NCBI GenBank assembly: GCA_963714635.1
Contig: CAVQPM010000005.1
Span: 200,852-264,851 of the forward strand
Reading direction: 5' to 3'
DNA length: 64,000 nt
From: an uncultured Solirubrobacterales bacterium
GTDB taxonomy: Bacteria; Actinomycetota; Thermoleophilia; Solirubrobacterales; Solirubrobacteraceae
A model generated the notes under the pieces. The model made no database searches and was not told the DNA's origin. It saw only the letters and a program-made list of their open reading frames with translations. Every line of letters starts with the position of its first letter. Position 1 is the stretch's first letter. Positions 33,580 to 42,396 of the stretch are shown here, in pieces. The position numbers and the translations under genes were made by a program.

Positions 33580-34884
33580 ATGCGGTTCTCCTCGGAGAGC
33601 GTAATACCGGTTCGCCCAAGGATGGCCGGAGCTCGGTCTTGGATGCCGCGGCCGCCGCGTGTGCCGCGAGGGACGCGTGTGCCGCGGTGGCTGTGGGTCC
33701 TCGGCCCGGGGTTGATGGTGATGTTCGCCGACACCGACGCGGGCAGCGTGATCACGGCTTCCCAGTCGGGCGCGAGATGGGGCTACCGGCTGCTGGCGCT
33801 GCAGGTGCTGCTCGTACCCGTGCTTTACCTGGTCATGGAGCTGACAGTTCGGTTGGGGATCGCGACTGGCAAGGGACATGCGCAGCTGATCCGTGAGCGC
33901 TTCGGCCGCCGCTGGGCGCTCATATCGGTCGGCACTCTGGCGGTGAGCGCGCTCGGCGCGTTGGTGACGGAGTTCGCGGGGGTCGCCGGGGTCGGGGAGA
34001 TGTTCGGGATCTCGCCGGCGCTGACCGTGTTGCCGGCAGCGGCGCTGCTGGTGGGGTTGGTCGTCTCGGGCGGCTACCGGCAGGTGGAGGTGGTCGGGAT
34101 CTGCCTGGGACTGTTCGAGCTCGCCTTCGTCGTGGCGGCGGTGCTCGCCCACCCGAGCGCACACGCGCTCGCCACGGGGATCGCCAGCCAGCCGCTCGGC
34201 CAGCCCGGCTATCTGACGCTCATCGCGGCGAACGTCGGGGCGGTCGTGATGCCGTGGATGCTCTTCTACCAGCAGGGCGCCGTGATAGAGAAGGGCCTGA
34301 CCGCGCGCGATCTGCGCCCGGCGCGGATCGACACTGCGGCCGGCGTGCTGCTCACGCAGCTGATCATGGGCGCGGTGCTGGTGGTGACCGCGGCGAGCTT
34401 CCACGGTCGCGCCGGGGGCTCGCTACAGAGCGTCGGGGCGATCGCCGGAGCGCTCGCGCCGCTGCTCGGCGGCTCGACGAGTCGCATCGTGCTCGCGTGC
34501 GGGATGCTCGGAGCCGCGCTGGTCGCGAGCATCGTCGTCTCGCTCGCGGCCGCCTGGGCGATCACCGAGACCGCGGGGCGGCCGCGCAGCCTGAGCGACG
34601 GTTGGCGCCGCGCGCCACACTTCTACGGCCTCTACGCGGGCGCCGTCGCGTGCGGCGCGGTGCTCGTGCTCGCCAGCCACTCGCTCGTACGGCTCGCGAT
34701 CAACGTCGAGGTCCTCAACGCCCTGCTGCTGCCGCTCGTGCTGGGCATGCTCGTCCTGCTCGCCCACCGGGTGCTGCCCGCACCACACGCGCTGCGGCGC
34801 GGCCACCGCGCCGCCGTCAGCTTCGCGGCGATCGCCGTCGCACTGGTCGGGCTCATCTGGCTGGGCTTTGCGTTCGGACTCTGA
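33580..34884 (+). CDS. mntH: Nramp-family divalent metal (Mn2+/Fe2+) transporter
   Basis: GPGLMVMFADTDAGSVITASQSGA and the MELTVRLGIATGK motif. Polytopic. Start uncertain (33580, 33622 and others). Confidence 0.88.
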   Translation: MRFSSESVIPVRPRMAGARSWMPRPPRVPRGTRVPRWLWVLGPGLMVMFADTDAGSVITASQSGARWGYRLLALQVLLVPVLYLVMELTVRLGIATGKGHAQLIRERFGRRWALISVGTLAVSALGALVTEFAGVAGVGEMFGISPALTVLPAAALLVGLVVSGGYRQVEVVGICLGLFELAFVVAAVLAHPSAHALATGIASQPLGQPGYLTLIAANVGAVVMPWMLFYQQGAVIEKGLTARDLRPARIDTAAGVLLTQLIMGAVLVVTAASFHGRAGGSLQSVGAIAGALAPLLGGSTSRIVLACGMLGAALVASIVVSLAAAWAITETAGRPRSLSDGWRRAPHFYGLYAGAVACGAVLVLASHSLVRLAINVEVLNALLLPLVLGMLVLLAHRVLPAPHALRRGHRAAVSFAAIAVALVGLIWLGFAFGL

Positions 34885-36264
34885 TCAGGAGCCCTTGCGG
34901 GCGCTCTCGATCGAGCGCACCTCTGCCAGCTTGGCCTCTCCCTCGCCGGCCGGCTCCTCGCGTGCGCCAGTGTGGTCGCCGTCCTCGCCGAGGCCGAACA
35001 GCTCGCGCACGAGCTGCAGGCTCGCGTGGCCGCGCTCGGCCGAGAAGCTGCGCAGGCGGATCGTCGGCTCGTGCAGCAGGCGGTTGATCACCGCTCGCGC
35101 GACGAGCTCGACACGTGCGAGGTCGCGCTCGGAGGCCGACTCCCAGCGGCCGGCGTTCTCGGCGAGCACCTGCTCGACGAGCGCGTCGGCGTGCTCGCGC
35201 AGGGCGGATACCGTGGGCAGCGTCTCGAGCTGGCCGAGCCAGCGTGCGAAGCGGCGGATCTCCTCCTCGACGATCTCCTCGGCCTGCGGGACGACCTCGG
35301 CGCGCGCGCCGAGGTTGCGCGCGACGACAGACTGGAGGTCGTCGATGTCATACAGCGTGACTCCGTCGAGATCGCCGCAGCGCGAGTCGATGTCGCGCGG
35401 GACCGCGATGTCGATCAACAGCAACGGCCGTCCGCTCCGCTCCGCCATCACCAGCTCGAGCTCCTCGCTGCCGAGGATCGGGTGGGGAGAGGAGGTCGAG
35501 GCGAGCACGATGTCCGCGTGCAACAGCTGGTCTGGGAGGCCGTCGAGCCCGACGACCGAGCCGCCGAAGCGCTGGGCGAGGCTGAGCGCGCGGTCGGCGT
35601 GGCGGTTGGCGACGAAGATCGTGCCGGCGCCCTGGTCGGCGAGCGCCCGGGCGGTCAGCTCGCTCGTCTCGCCGGCGCCGATGATCACCACGTGGCGCTC
35701 ACGCAGACCGCCGAGCACGTCCTGGGCGAGGTCCACCGCCACCGAGGGCACGCTCACGCGAGAGGACCCGATCCCCGTCTCCGAGCGCACGCGCTTGCCC
35801 GTCGTGAGCGCCGCCGCGAACAGGCGGTTGGAGAGGGGCCCGGTGGTCCCCGCGCGCATCGCCCCCTCGAATGCGCGCTTGACCTGGCCCTGGATCTCGG
35901 CCTCGCCGACGATCATCGACTCCAGCCCCGCCGTGACTCGGTAGAGCTGGCGCGCCGCGTCGCAGTTGCGCGGCGAGTAGATCTCCTGTGCGAGCTCGGT
36001 GGGACGGATGCCCGCGCGCCGCGCGAGCATGCCGAGCACGTCCGCCTCCGCCTGCACCGGGTCGCCGACGACGAGGTACACCTCGGTGCGGTTGCACGTC
36101 GAGATCACGATCGCCTCGTGCGCGTGCGGGCTGTGGATGACGTCGTTCGCGAACTCGACCGCCTGCGATTCGGTGAACGCGAGGCGCTCGCGTAGCGCGA
36201 CGGGCGCCGTCTTGTGAGAGATGCCGAGTGCGAGCAGCTCGCTTGCCCGCCTGCCCCCAGTCAT
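34885..36264 (-). CDS. hemA: glutamyl-tRNA reductase (canonical)
   Basis: LLALGISHKTAPVALRE, the catalytic STCNRTEVY, GEAEIQGQVK, and Rossmann VVIIGAGETS. Confidence 0.93.
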   Translation of the reverse strand: MTGGRRASELLALGISHKTAPVALRERLAFTESQAVEFANDVIHSPHAHEAIVISTCNRTEVYLVVGDPVQAEADVLGMLARRAGIRPTELAQEIYSPRNCDAARQLYRVTAGLESMIVGEAEIQGQVKRAFEGAMRAGTTGPLSNRLFAAALTTGKRVRSETGIGSSRVSVPSVAVDLAQDVLGGLRERHVVIIGAGETSELTARALADQGAGTIFVANRHADRALSLAQRFGGSVVGLDGLPDQLLHADIVLASTSSPHPILGSEELELVMAERSGRPLLLIDIAVPRDIDSRCGDLDGVTLYDIDDLQSVVARNLGARAEVVPQAEEIVEEEIRRFARWLGQLETLPTVSALREHADALVEQVLAENAGRWESASERDLARVELVARAVINRLLHEPTIRLRSFSAERGHASLQLVRELFGLGEDGDHTGAREEPAGEGEAKLAEVRSIESARKGS

Positions 36265-36298
36265 TGGGGGTGCCCTATGGGTATGCCCTTCAGGGTGC

Positions 36299-36484
36299 TC
36301 ATACGAGCTCCCGCTCTCTGTCCTCGTCGGCGCTGCGCTCCTGCAGTTCCAGCAGCCGACGTTCCACGCGGCCGAGGCGCACCGCCATGATCACCACGTA
36401 GATGAGCACCAGCGCGAAGACGACTATGTAGGCCGCCGCCACATAGCCGTCGTTGGATGGGAGTGTGCTCGCGAGCGGGGTCAT
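36299..36484 (-). CDS. ccmD: CcmD-like small single-TM heme exporter subunit
   Basis: 61 aa with one TM helix (YVAAAYIVVFALVLIYVVIMA). Its ATG overlaps the ccmC stop (ATGA), and its position after ccmC fits. Confidence 0.55.
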   Translation of the reverse strand: MTPLASTLPSNDGYVAAAYIVVFALVLIYVVIMAVRLGRVERRLLELQERSADEDRERELV

Positions 36485-37161
36485 CGGAAACCGAGTGTGC
36501 GGGAGCGGACTTTCAAGAGTATGCGCGTGCGCTTGGCCGCCAGCTCATAGGAGCAGAGCGTCGCGAACAGCAATGCCATCGCCGCGAGCGAGACCAGGAA
36601 GGTGAGGGCCATCGAGGACGGCAGGTTCGAGGTGGCGCCGAGCACGCGCGGGTGAACATAGGAGGCGGAGAGACGGACGGCGATGAAGTTGAGCGGCACG
36701 AACGCGCCCGCCGTGATCGCGAACACCGATGCATAGCGCCCCTGGCGCTCGGGATCCTCGATGGCGAAGCGAAGCGGCTGGTAGGTGGCGTACAGAAGGA
36801 ACACGATCAGGAACGAGACGAGCGTCGGCTCGTCCCACACCCACCAGTGCCCCCACGATGCGCGCGCCCAGATCGAGCCGGTGAGCAGCACGGCGACGCC
36901 GAAGATGAGGCTCATGTGGATCGCCACATAGGAGCGCAGGTCCCAGCGCTGATCGCCGGTGCGCAGGTGCGCGATGGCGAGCAGGCCGCCGATCACGAAG
37001 CCGCACAGCGCGACGATCGCCAGGGGGACATGCAGGTAGAAGATCTTCTGGAGGAAGCCCTGGTCGGCTTCGATGGGGGCGTAGAAGAAGACGAGCGACA
37101 GCGACACGCAGAACGCGAGCACGGTCGATATGGAGAGCGCGCGGAGCGAGGGGGTGCGCAT
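36481..37161 (-). CDS. ccmC: heme exporter protein CcmC
   Basis: Trp-rich motif WARASWGHWWVWDEPT. Polytopic, 226 aa. Confidence 0.9.
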   Translation of the reverse strand: MRTPSLRALSISTVLAFCVSLSLVFFYAPIEADQGFLQKIFYLHVPLAIVALCGFVIGGLLAIAHLRTGDQRWDLRSYVAIHMSLIFGVAVLLTGSIWARASWGHWWVWDEPTLVSFLIVFLLYATYQPLRFAIEDPERQGRYASVFAITAGAFVPLNFIAVRLSASYVHPRVLGATSNLPSSMALTFLVSLAAMALLFATLCSYELAAKRTRILLKVRSRTLGFR

Positions 37162-37170
37162 CGTTTGCCT

Positions 37171-37836
37171 TCAGTCCTCCAGGAGGAAGTCGAATACGGC
37201 GTAGGCGATGAGCCCGAAAACGAGATCATAGAGCGCGAGCGTCGCAATCCAGCGCAGCGCGGGACCGCCTGGATGGGTGCTCGCCAGCAGCGGAGCGCTC
37301 GCGCGGGCGCAGCCGATCACGATCGGCACGAGCAACGGCAGCGCCAGCAGCGGACCGAGCAGGTCGCGCGCGCGCGTGCGAACGGCCAGCGCGGCCACGA
37401 GCGTGCCGATCGTCGCCACGCCGAGGTCCCCGAGCGCGAGCGGGGCCAGCAGGCCCGGGAGCGCCTGGCCGAGCGGGGGGCCGAGCAAGAGCAGGCCGAA
37501 CGCCGGCACGGCGACGAGCTCGAGCACGAGCAGGTAGCAGAGCAGCGCGAGCGCCTTGGCAAACAGCAGCGCGGTGCGATCGACCGGCGCGAGCAAGAAG
37601 CCGTCAAAGCCGCCCTGATCGGCGTCGGCGACGAACAGGCGGTTGATGCCGAGCATCGCCGCGAACAGCAGCGTCACCCACAGGATGCCCGCCGCCTCCT
37701 GGCCGCTCACCGTGTTCTGGTTGAGCGCGAAGTGGAACACGACGAACGTCGTGACGGCGAACAGGGCCATGCCGGGGACGGACTCCAGCGTGCGCATCTC
37801 GACGAGCAGCTCCTTGCGCACCAGCGCACGTACCAC
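37171..37836 (-). CDS. ccmB: heme exporter permease CcmB
   Basis: Polytopic CcmB-like sequence. GTG 37836 gives the typical 221-aa length (VVRALVRKELLVEMRTLES...). The ORF-track start at 37953 would read through three palindromes. Confidence 0.8.
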   Translation of the reverse strand: MVRALVRKELLVEMRTLESVPGMALFAVTTFVVFHFALNQNTVSGQEAAGILWVTLLFAAMLGINRLFVADADQGGFDGFLLAPVDRTALLFAKALALLCYLLVLELVAVPAFGLLLLGPPLGQALPGLLAPLALGDLGVATIGTLVAALAVRTRARDLLGPLLALPLLVPIVIGCARASAPLLASTHPGGPALRWIATLALYDLVFGLIAYAVFDFLLED

Positions 37837-37846
37837 CTTTGCTGTT

Positions 37847-37918
37847 CCGACCGGTACATGTACCGGTCGGCCCGACGGCGCATGCGCCGTCGGGGACAAC
37901 GCCGCATGCGGCGTTGTC
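37847..37918. repeat. three abutting 24-bp perfect palindromes, each centred on CATG, in the ccmA-ccmB spacer
   Basis: CCGACCGGTACATGTACCGGTCGG (37847-37870), CCCGACGGCGCATGCGCCGTCGGG (37871-37894) and GACAACGCCGCATGCGGCGTTGTC (37895-37918). I verified each by hand as its own reverse complement. Confidence 0.9.
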
Positions 37919-37949
37919 GTCCCCGAGGATGTGGATGTCTTGGACGCGC

Positions 37950-38681
37950 TCACCGGTACAGCCCTGCCACGTCGTCTGGGTCGATGCTGTCGGCGCCACC
38001 CAGCAATGCCACGCGCCCGCCGCGCAGGCCGAGCACCACGTCCGCCTCGGCCAGTCCCCGCAGCGGGTCGTGGCTTGTGAGCACGCGTGTGCGGCCGCTG
38101 TCCACGCCGATCAGCGGCTCCACCAGCTCGATGGCGGCCGGGTCGAGGTTGGCGTAGGGCTCGTCGAGCAGCAGCAGCTCCGGATCGTGGAGCGTCGCGC
38201 GGGCGACCGCCACGCGCTGGACCATTCCTCGCGAGAGCGTCCTCACGGGCTCATCGGCGCGCTCGATCATCGCGACCGCCCGCAGCCGCTCCTCGACGCG
38301 CTGCGGCGTCACGCCGTGCAGCTGCGCGTGGTAGCGCAGGTTCTCGCGGGCGGTCAGCTCCCTGTAGAGCAGCGGCTCGTGGCCCAGCAGGCCGATCCGG
38401 CCGCGCGTCCGCCACGCGTCGCGTGGCAGCTCCTCGCCGAGCACCCTCACGCGGCCAGCGTGGGGCCGCAGCAGCGTCGCCAAAACTCGCAGCAGCGTCG
38501 TCTTGCCGGCGCCGTTGGGGCCGAACACGACGAGCGTCCGGCCGCCCGCGAGGGTCAAAGAAACGCCGGCCAGCGCCGCTCGTTCGCCGTAGTTGCGCCG
38601 CAGGGCGTCCAGCTCGACCGCCGGTCCGCTCTCGACGGCGACTCCGGTCGGGGCCTCGGCGTGGACTTCGAGGTCCGCCAT
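37950..38681 (-). CDS. ccmA: heme exporter ABC ATPase CcmA
   Basis: Walker A GPNGAGKTTLLRVLA, ABC signature LSRGMVQRVAVA, and Walker B LLLLDEP. Confidence 0.85.
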   Translation of the reverse strand: MADLEVHAEAPTGVAVESGPAVELDALRRNYGERAALAGVSLTLAGGRTLVVFGPNGAGKTTLLRVLATLLRPHAGRVRVLGEELPRDAWRTRGRIGLLGHEPLLYRELTARENLRYHAQLHGVTPQRVEERLRAVAMIERADEPVRTLSRGMVQRVAVARATLHDPELLLLDEPYANLDPAAIELVEPLIGVDSGRTRVLTSHDPLRGLAEADVVLGLRGGRVALLGGADSIDPDDVAGLYR

Positions 38682-38698
38682 CGCCAGCGCTCAGACGC

Positions 38699-39388
38699 TC
38701 AGACCGGGGATAGGCGCTGCTCGTACTCGCCGCGCGCGCGCGCGATCAGCTCGCGAACGGCCGATTCGCCTGTGCCCTTCGGGGTACGGCCGTCGCGCAG
38801 CAGCGCCACCGGGTCGGGCTCGCCGTTCACGATCGACTCGAAGAAGACCTTGCGGTCCTGATAGGTGGGCAGCGTCGCCTTCGCCCAGCCGCGCGCCTCG
38901 TTCAAGAGGACCGCGAGCTGCGCATACGGCTCCCCGAAGGCCTCTGCCACTTCGCGCTTGATGCGCTTGGCAAGCGCCGGCGAGGCGCCGGCCGTTGAGA
39001 TCGCGATCGCGAGCGGGCCCGTCCTCACGATCGCCGGCAGGATGAAGTTGCACAGCGGCGGCACATCGACGACGTTGACGAGCATCGCCCTGCGCTCCGC
39101 GTCCTCGTACACCGCGATGTTCACGTCCGTCTCCGAGGTGGCGGCGATCGCCATGAACACGCCCTCCAGATCACTCGGCCCGCCATAGGCGCGCCGCTCC
39201 CACCGAATCGACCCCTCCGCCGCGTAGCGCTCGAGCTGCGGGTGCGCCTCGGGCGCTATCAGCGTGAGGAGTCCATCGCACGCGAGCAGGCCCTCGACCT
39301 TCTCGAGGCCCACATCGCCTCCCCCTACGACCACGCAGCGCCGGCCGCTCAGCTTCAGGCAGGCGATGTAGAACGGCGTTGAGAGCAT
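38699..39388 (-). CDS. sirC: precorrin-2 dehydrogenase / sirohydrochlorin ferrochelatase (siroheme synthase N-terminal type)
   Basis: Rossmann [15 protein letters not shown] and CysG-N/Met8-like layout. Start trimmed to ATG 39388. Confidence 0.78.
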   Translation of the reverse strand: MLSTPFYIACLKLSGRRCVVVGGGDVGLEKVEGLLACDGLLTLIAPEAHPQLERYAAEGSIRWERRAYGGPSDLEGVFMAIAATSETDVNIAVYEDAERRAMLVNVVDVPPLCNFILPAIVRTGPLAIAISTAGASPALAKRIKREVAEAFGEPYAQLAVLLNEARGWAKATLPTYQDRKVFFESIVNGEPDPVALLRDGRTPKGTGESAVRELIARARGEYEQRLSPV

Positions 39389-39635
39389 GTCCGCCACGCA
39401 GCTCTGGTCGCAGATCCCCCTGCGCAGCTGGCAGACGCACTCCTTTCCTGTATAGGCCTGGGCGGGCATTGCCTAAGGGTAGCCCCAGCGCGCGGCTGCG
39501 GTCCGCCGTACGTGGTTTTCTCGGATGAATCCTTCGATTGCTTCAAGTTTTACGAAAGGGTGCCGAAAAGGTGTGTCGAACATGTCAATCGTGAGTCAAC
39601 TGCGGCTCTCGTCTCCGCGATAGGGGGATCCAACC

Positions 39636-41288
39636 GTGCATAGGGTCATAGGGTTTCGGGTCATAAGGCTTCTTGGTGGGCTATCGCTGGCGCTGGCCAT
39701 CGTCGTCGGTGTGAGCGCGTGCGGCAGCTCCACGCCGGGGGGCGGCACGGTCACCGTGCTCATGGGCACCGCCCCCGACTCGCTCGATCCCGGGCTGGGA
39801 GCCACCACGCAATCGATGGAGGCGACCTGGCTTGCCTACACGGGCCTCGTCACCTACGCGCACGCAAACGGCGAAGCGGGCACGAAGCTGATCCCCGGCG
39901 CGGCCGAAAGCCTGCCGACAGTCTCACCGGACGGCAAGACCTACACGTTCAAGCTGCGCCCGGGCCTCGTCTACTCCAACGGCACGCTCGTGCGCGCGTC
40001 GGACTTCGCGCATACGGTCGAGCGCACGATCAAGCTGAACTGGGGCAACAAGGGAATGCTGACCGAACACATCGCCGGCGCCGAAGCCTTCGACAAGGGC
40101 AAGGCCTCCTCGATCTCGGGCATCAAGACCGACAACGCCACCGGCACGATCACGGTCACGCTGACAGAACCCTACGGCCCGTTCCTCAACGTGCTTGCGC
40201 TTCCCGCGGCGGGCCTCGTCCCGAGCAGCGCCTCCATGCACGCCCAGAGCACCAACCCGCCGCCAGGTGTGGGGCCTTATGAGATCAAGAACGTAGTGCC
40301 CAACCGCTCGTTCGAGCTCGTGCGCAACCCCAACTGGCAGGCGCACGCGATCGAAGGCATCCCGAGCGGCCGCGTCGACGTGAACGTGAGGATCGTCTCC
40401 GACAACCAGTCCGAGGCCGAGCAGGTGCTGACCAACAGCGCAGACGTGTTCGACTACAACGACACGATTCCGCCGACGCTGCTGTCAAAGGTGCAGTCGC
40501 AGGCGGCGGGCCGCTACGCCAAGGAGCCCACCGTCTCGGGCGAGTTCTTCTTCCTGAACGTCAAATCCAAGCCGTTCTCGAGCGCGCTGGTGCGCCAAGC
40601 GGTCAACTATGCGCTCGATCGGCGCGCGCTGGATCGCCTCGACAGCGGCATGCTCCAGCCGGCCTGCTACTTCCTGCCGACGGGCATGCCCGGCCACCCG
40701 AGCGCGCCCTGCCCGTATGGCGATCCCAACGCAGCGCCGAACCTCGCCAAGGCCAAGGAACTGGTCAAGCAGTCCGGCATGGCCGGCACGCCCGTCACCG
40801 TCTGGGGAGGCGCCCGCCCGCCGCACCGGGAATTCGTCGACTACTACGCGAGCGTGCTGAACGCGGTCGGGCTGAAAGCGTCCGAGAAGATCGTCGCCGA
40901 CGCCCAGTACTACTCGACGATCGGCAACCTCTCCAACAACGCCCAGACAGGCTGGGCATCGTTCAGCCAGGACTTCCCCAACCCGAGCGACTTCTACCAG
41001 CTGCTCGACGCGCACTCGATCATGCCGCAGGAAAACCACAACCCCAGCCAGGTCAACGATCCGCACATCCAGAGCGAAATCGAATCGCTTTCGCCCGTGC
41101 CCTCCTCAAAGCTCGGCACGGTCGTGGGCCGCTGGCAGGCGCTCGACGAGTACACCGCCAAGCAGGCCTACCTCGCCGAGTTCGGCTATGACGAGGCGCC
41201 CAAGCTCACCTCCAGCCGCATCGACTTCGGCGCCTTCGTCTTCCATCCGGTCTATGGAAACGATTGGAGCACGCTCCAGCTGAAGTGA
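39636..41288 (+). CDS. ABC transporter substrate-binding protein, family 5 (peptide/nickel type)
   Basis: Lipoprotein-like signal (LALAIVVGVSACGS) and SBP_bac_5-like length and motifs. Confidence 0.88.
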   Translation: MHRVIGFRVIRLLGGLSLALAIVVGVSACGSSTPGGGTVTVLMGTAPDSLDPGLGATTQSMEATWLAYTGLVTYAHANGEAGTKLIPGAAESLPTVSPDGKTYTFKLRPGLVYSNGTLVRASDFAHTVERTIKLNWGNKGMLTEHIAGAEAFDKGKASSISGIKTDNATGTITVTLTEPYGPFLNVLALPAAGLVPSSASMHAQSTNPPPGVGPYEIKNVVPNRSFELVRNPNWQAHAIEGIPSGRVDVNVRIVSDNQSEAEQVLTNSADVFDYNDTIPPTLLSKVQSQAAGRYAKEPTVSGEFFFLNVKSKPFSSALVRQAVNYALDRRALDRLDSGMLQPACYFLPTGMPGHPSAPCPYGDPNAAPNLAKAKELVKQSGMAGTPVTVWGGARPPHREFVDYYASVLNAVGLKASEKIVADAQYYSTIGNLSNNAQTGWASFSQDFPNPSDFYQLLDAHSIMPQENHNPSQVNDPHIQSEIESLSPVPSSKLGTVVGRWQALDEYTAKQAYLAEFGYDEAPKLTSSRIDFGAFVFHPVYGNDWSTLQLK

Positions 41289-41430
41289 GGGCGCTCGTCC
41301 AGCGGCGCCAGCCGCCACCCGCGATGCTCGACGTGCAACCAGCACGCCTGCGCTCGCGTGCGTCGTCTGGCATCCACTGGGCCGATCGCCCTGGCTCCAA
41401 CACGACCGGCGCGGCGACGATGATTAGCGT

Positions 41431-42396
41431 GTGAAGGCTGTCGCGCACAATCGGGCTGCGCTCGCCTTCGGCGCGCTGTTCGTCGTGATCGTCGGGCTGT
41501 GCCTGCTCGCGCCGGTCTATGCCCACGACGTCGCCCACACGGGCCCCAACGACAATCACATAACCGACACGGTCAGGGTCGGGGGCACCCTGAAGGGCAC
41601 AAGCAAAACCGTCGACGTCGTCTCCCCGACGGGCGTGCCGATCGGGCCGACCTGGAAAGGGCGGTTCCTGCTCGGCGCGGACTCAAACGGCCGTGACGTG
41701 GCCGTGCGGCTGCTCTACGGCGGGCGCAACTCGATCGAGGTGGGGGCGGTGGCGACGCTCATCACGATGGCGCTCGCCGTCCTGCTCGGCACGCTCGCCG
41801 GCTACACGCGCGGCCTGACCGACGGCGTGCTCTCGCGCCTGTTCGACCTCGTCTGGGCCTACCCGGCCGTGCTGCTCGGCGTGGCGCTCGGCGTAGCGCT
41901 CGCCGTCGGCGGGCTCGACCTCGGCGTCGTGACGCTGCGCTCAGGCTCGCTCATGTTGCCGGCGCTCGTGATCGGGGTCGTGTTCTTCCCCTATGTCGCC
42001 AAGCCGCTGCGCGCCCAGGCGCTGTCCTTGCGCGAGCGCGAGTTCGTCGATGCCGCGCGGATCGAGACCCCGCCCACGCTGTTCGGGCCGGCGCGGATCA
42101 TGCTGGGCGAGATCGTCCCCAACCTCGCCTCGAGCATCGTCGTGTTCGTGCCGCTCATGTTCGCGAGCGCGATCCTGCTGGAGGCCGGCCTGTCCTATCT
42201 GGGGGCGGGCGTTCAGGCGCCCGACCCCTCATGGGGCACGATGATCGCCGACGGCATCCGCCTGATCCCGGGCGCCGTCCATCTCGTGCTCGCTCCGGGC
42301 GTGATGCTCGTGCTGTGCGTTCTCTCGGTCAACGTGTTCGCCGAGGGGCTGCGCGACGCGCTCGACCCGCGCGCCGCCATACGGAGGCGGCTGTAG
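41431..42396 (+). CDS. ABC peptide/nickel transporter permease (DppC/OppC-like)
   Basis: BPD_transp_1 EAA-type region (SLREREFVDAAR). Polytopic. Confidence 0.88.
   Translation: MKAVAHNRAALAFGALFVVIVGLCLLAPVYAHDVAHTGPNDNHITDTVRVGGTLKGTSKTVDVVSPTGVPIGPTWKGRFLLGADSNGRDVAVRLLYGGRNSIEVGAVATLITMALAVLLGTLAGYTRGLTDGVLSRLFDLVWAYPAVLLGVALGVALAVGGLDLGVVTLRSGSLMLPALVIGVVFFPYVAKPLRAQALSLREREFVDAARIETPPTLFGPARIMLGEIVPNLASSIVVFVPLMFASAILLEAGLSYLGAGVQAPDPSWGTMIADGIRLIPGAVHLVLAPGVMLVLCVLSVNVFAEGLRDALDPRAAIRRRL

Noticed and set aside
34882-34887. The convergent mntH and hemA stop codons abut with zero spacer and form the palindrome TGATCA.
   Set aside because: A real observation, but probably a trivial consequence of tight packing. 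No hairpin or other structure surrounds it.
37837-37953. ccmB starting at ATG 37953, an ATGA overlap with the ccmA stop, which would make the three palindromes coding.
   Set aside because: The extra 39 residues (MSASKTSTSSGTTTPHAALSPTAHAPSGRPVHVPVGTAK) mirror the palindromes and are open on both strands. The GTG-37836 product has the usual CcmB length and start. I cannot exclude it without proteomic data, so it is flagged in the finding.
39470-39635. Relatively AT-richer leader upstream of the peptide/nickel ABC operon, checked for riboswitch-like features (cobalamin or NiCo).
   Set aside because: I could not find a B12 box or any other conserved riboswitch core by eye. It is probably just a promoter and 5' UTR.
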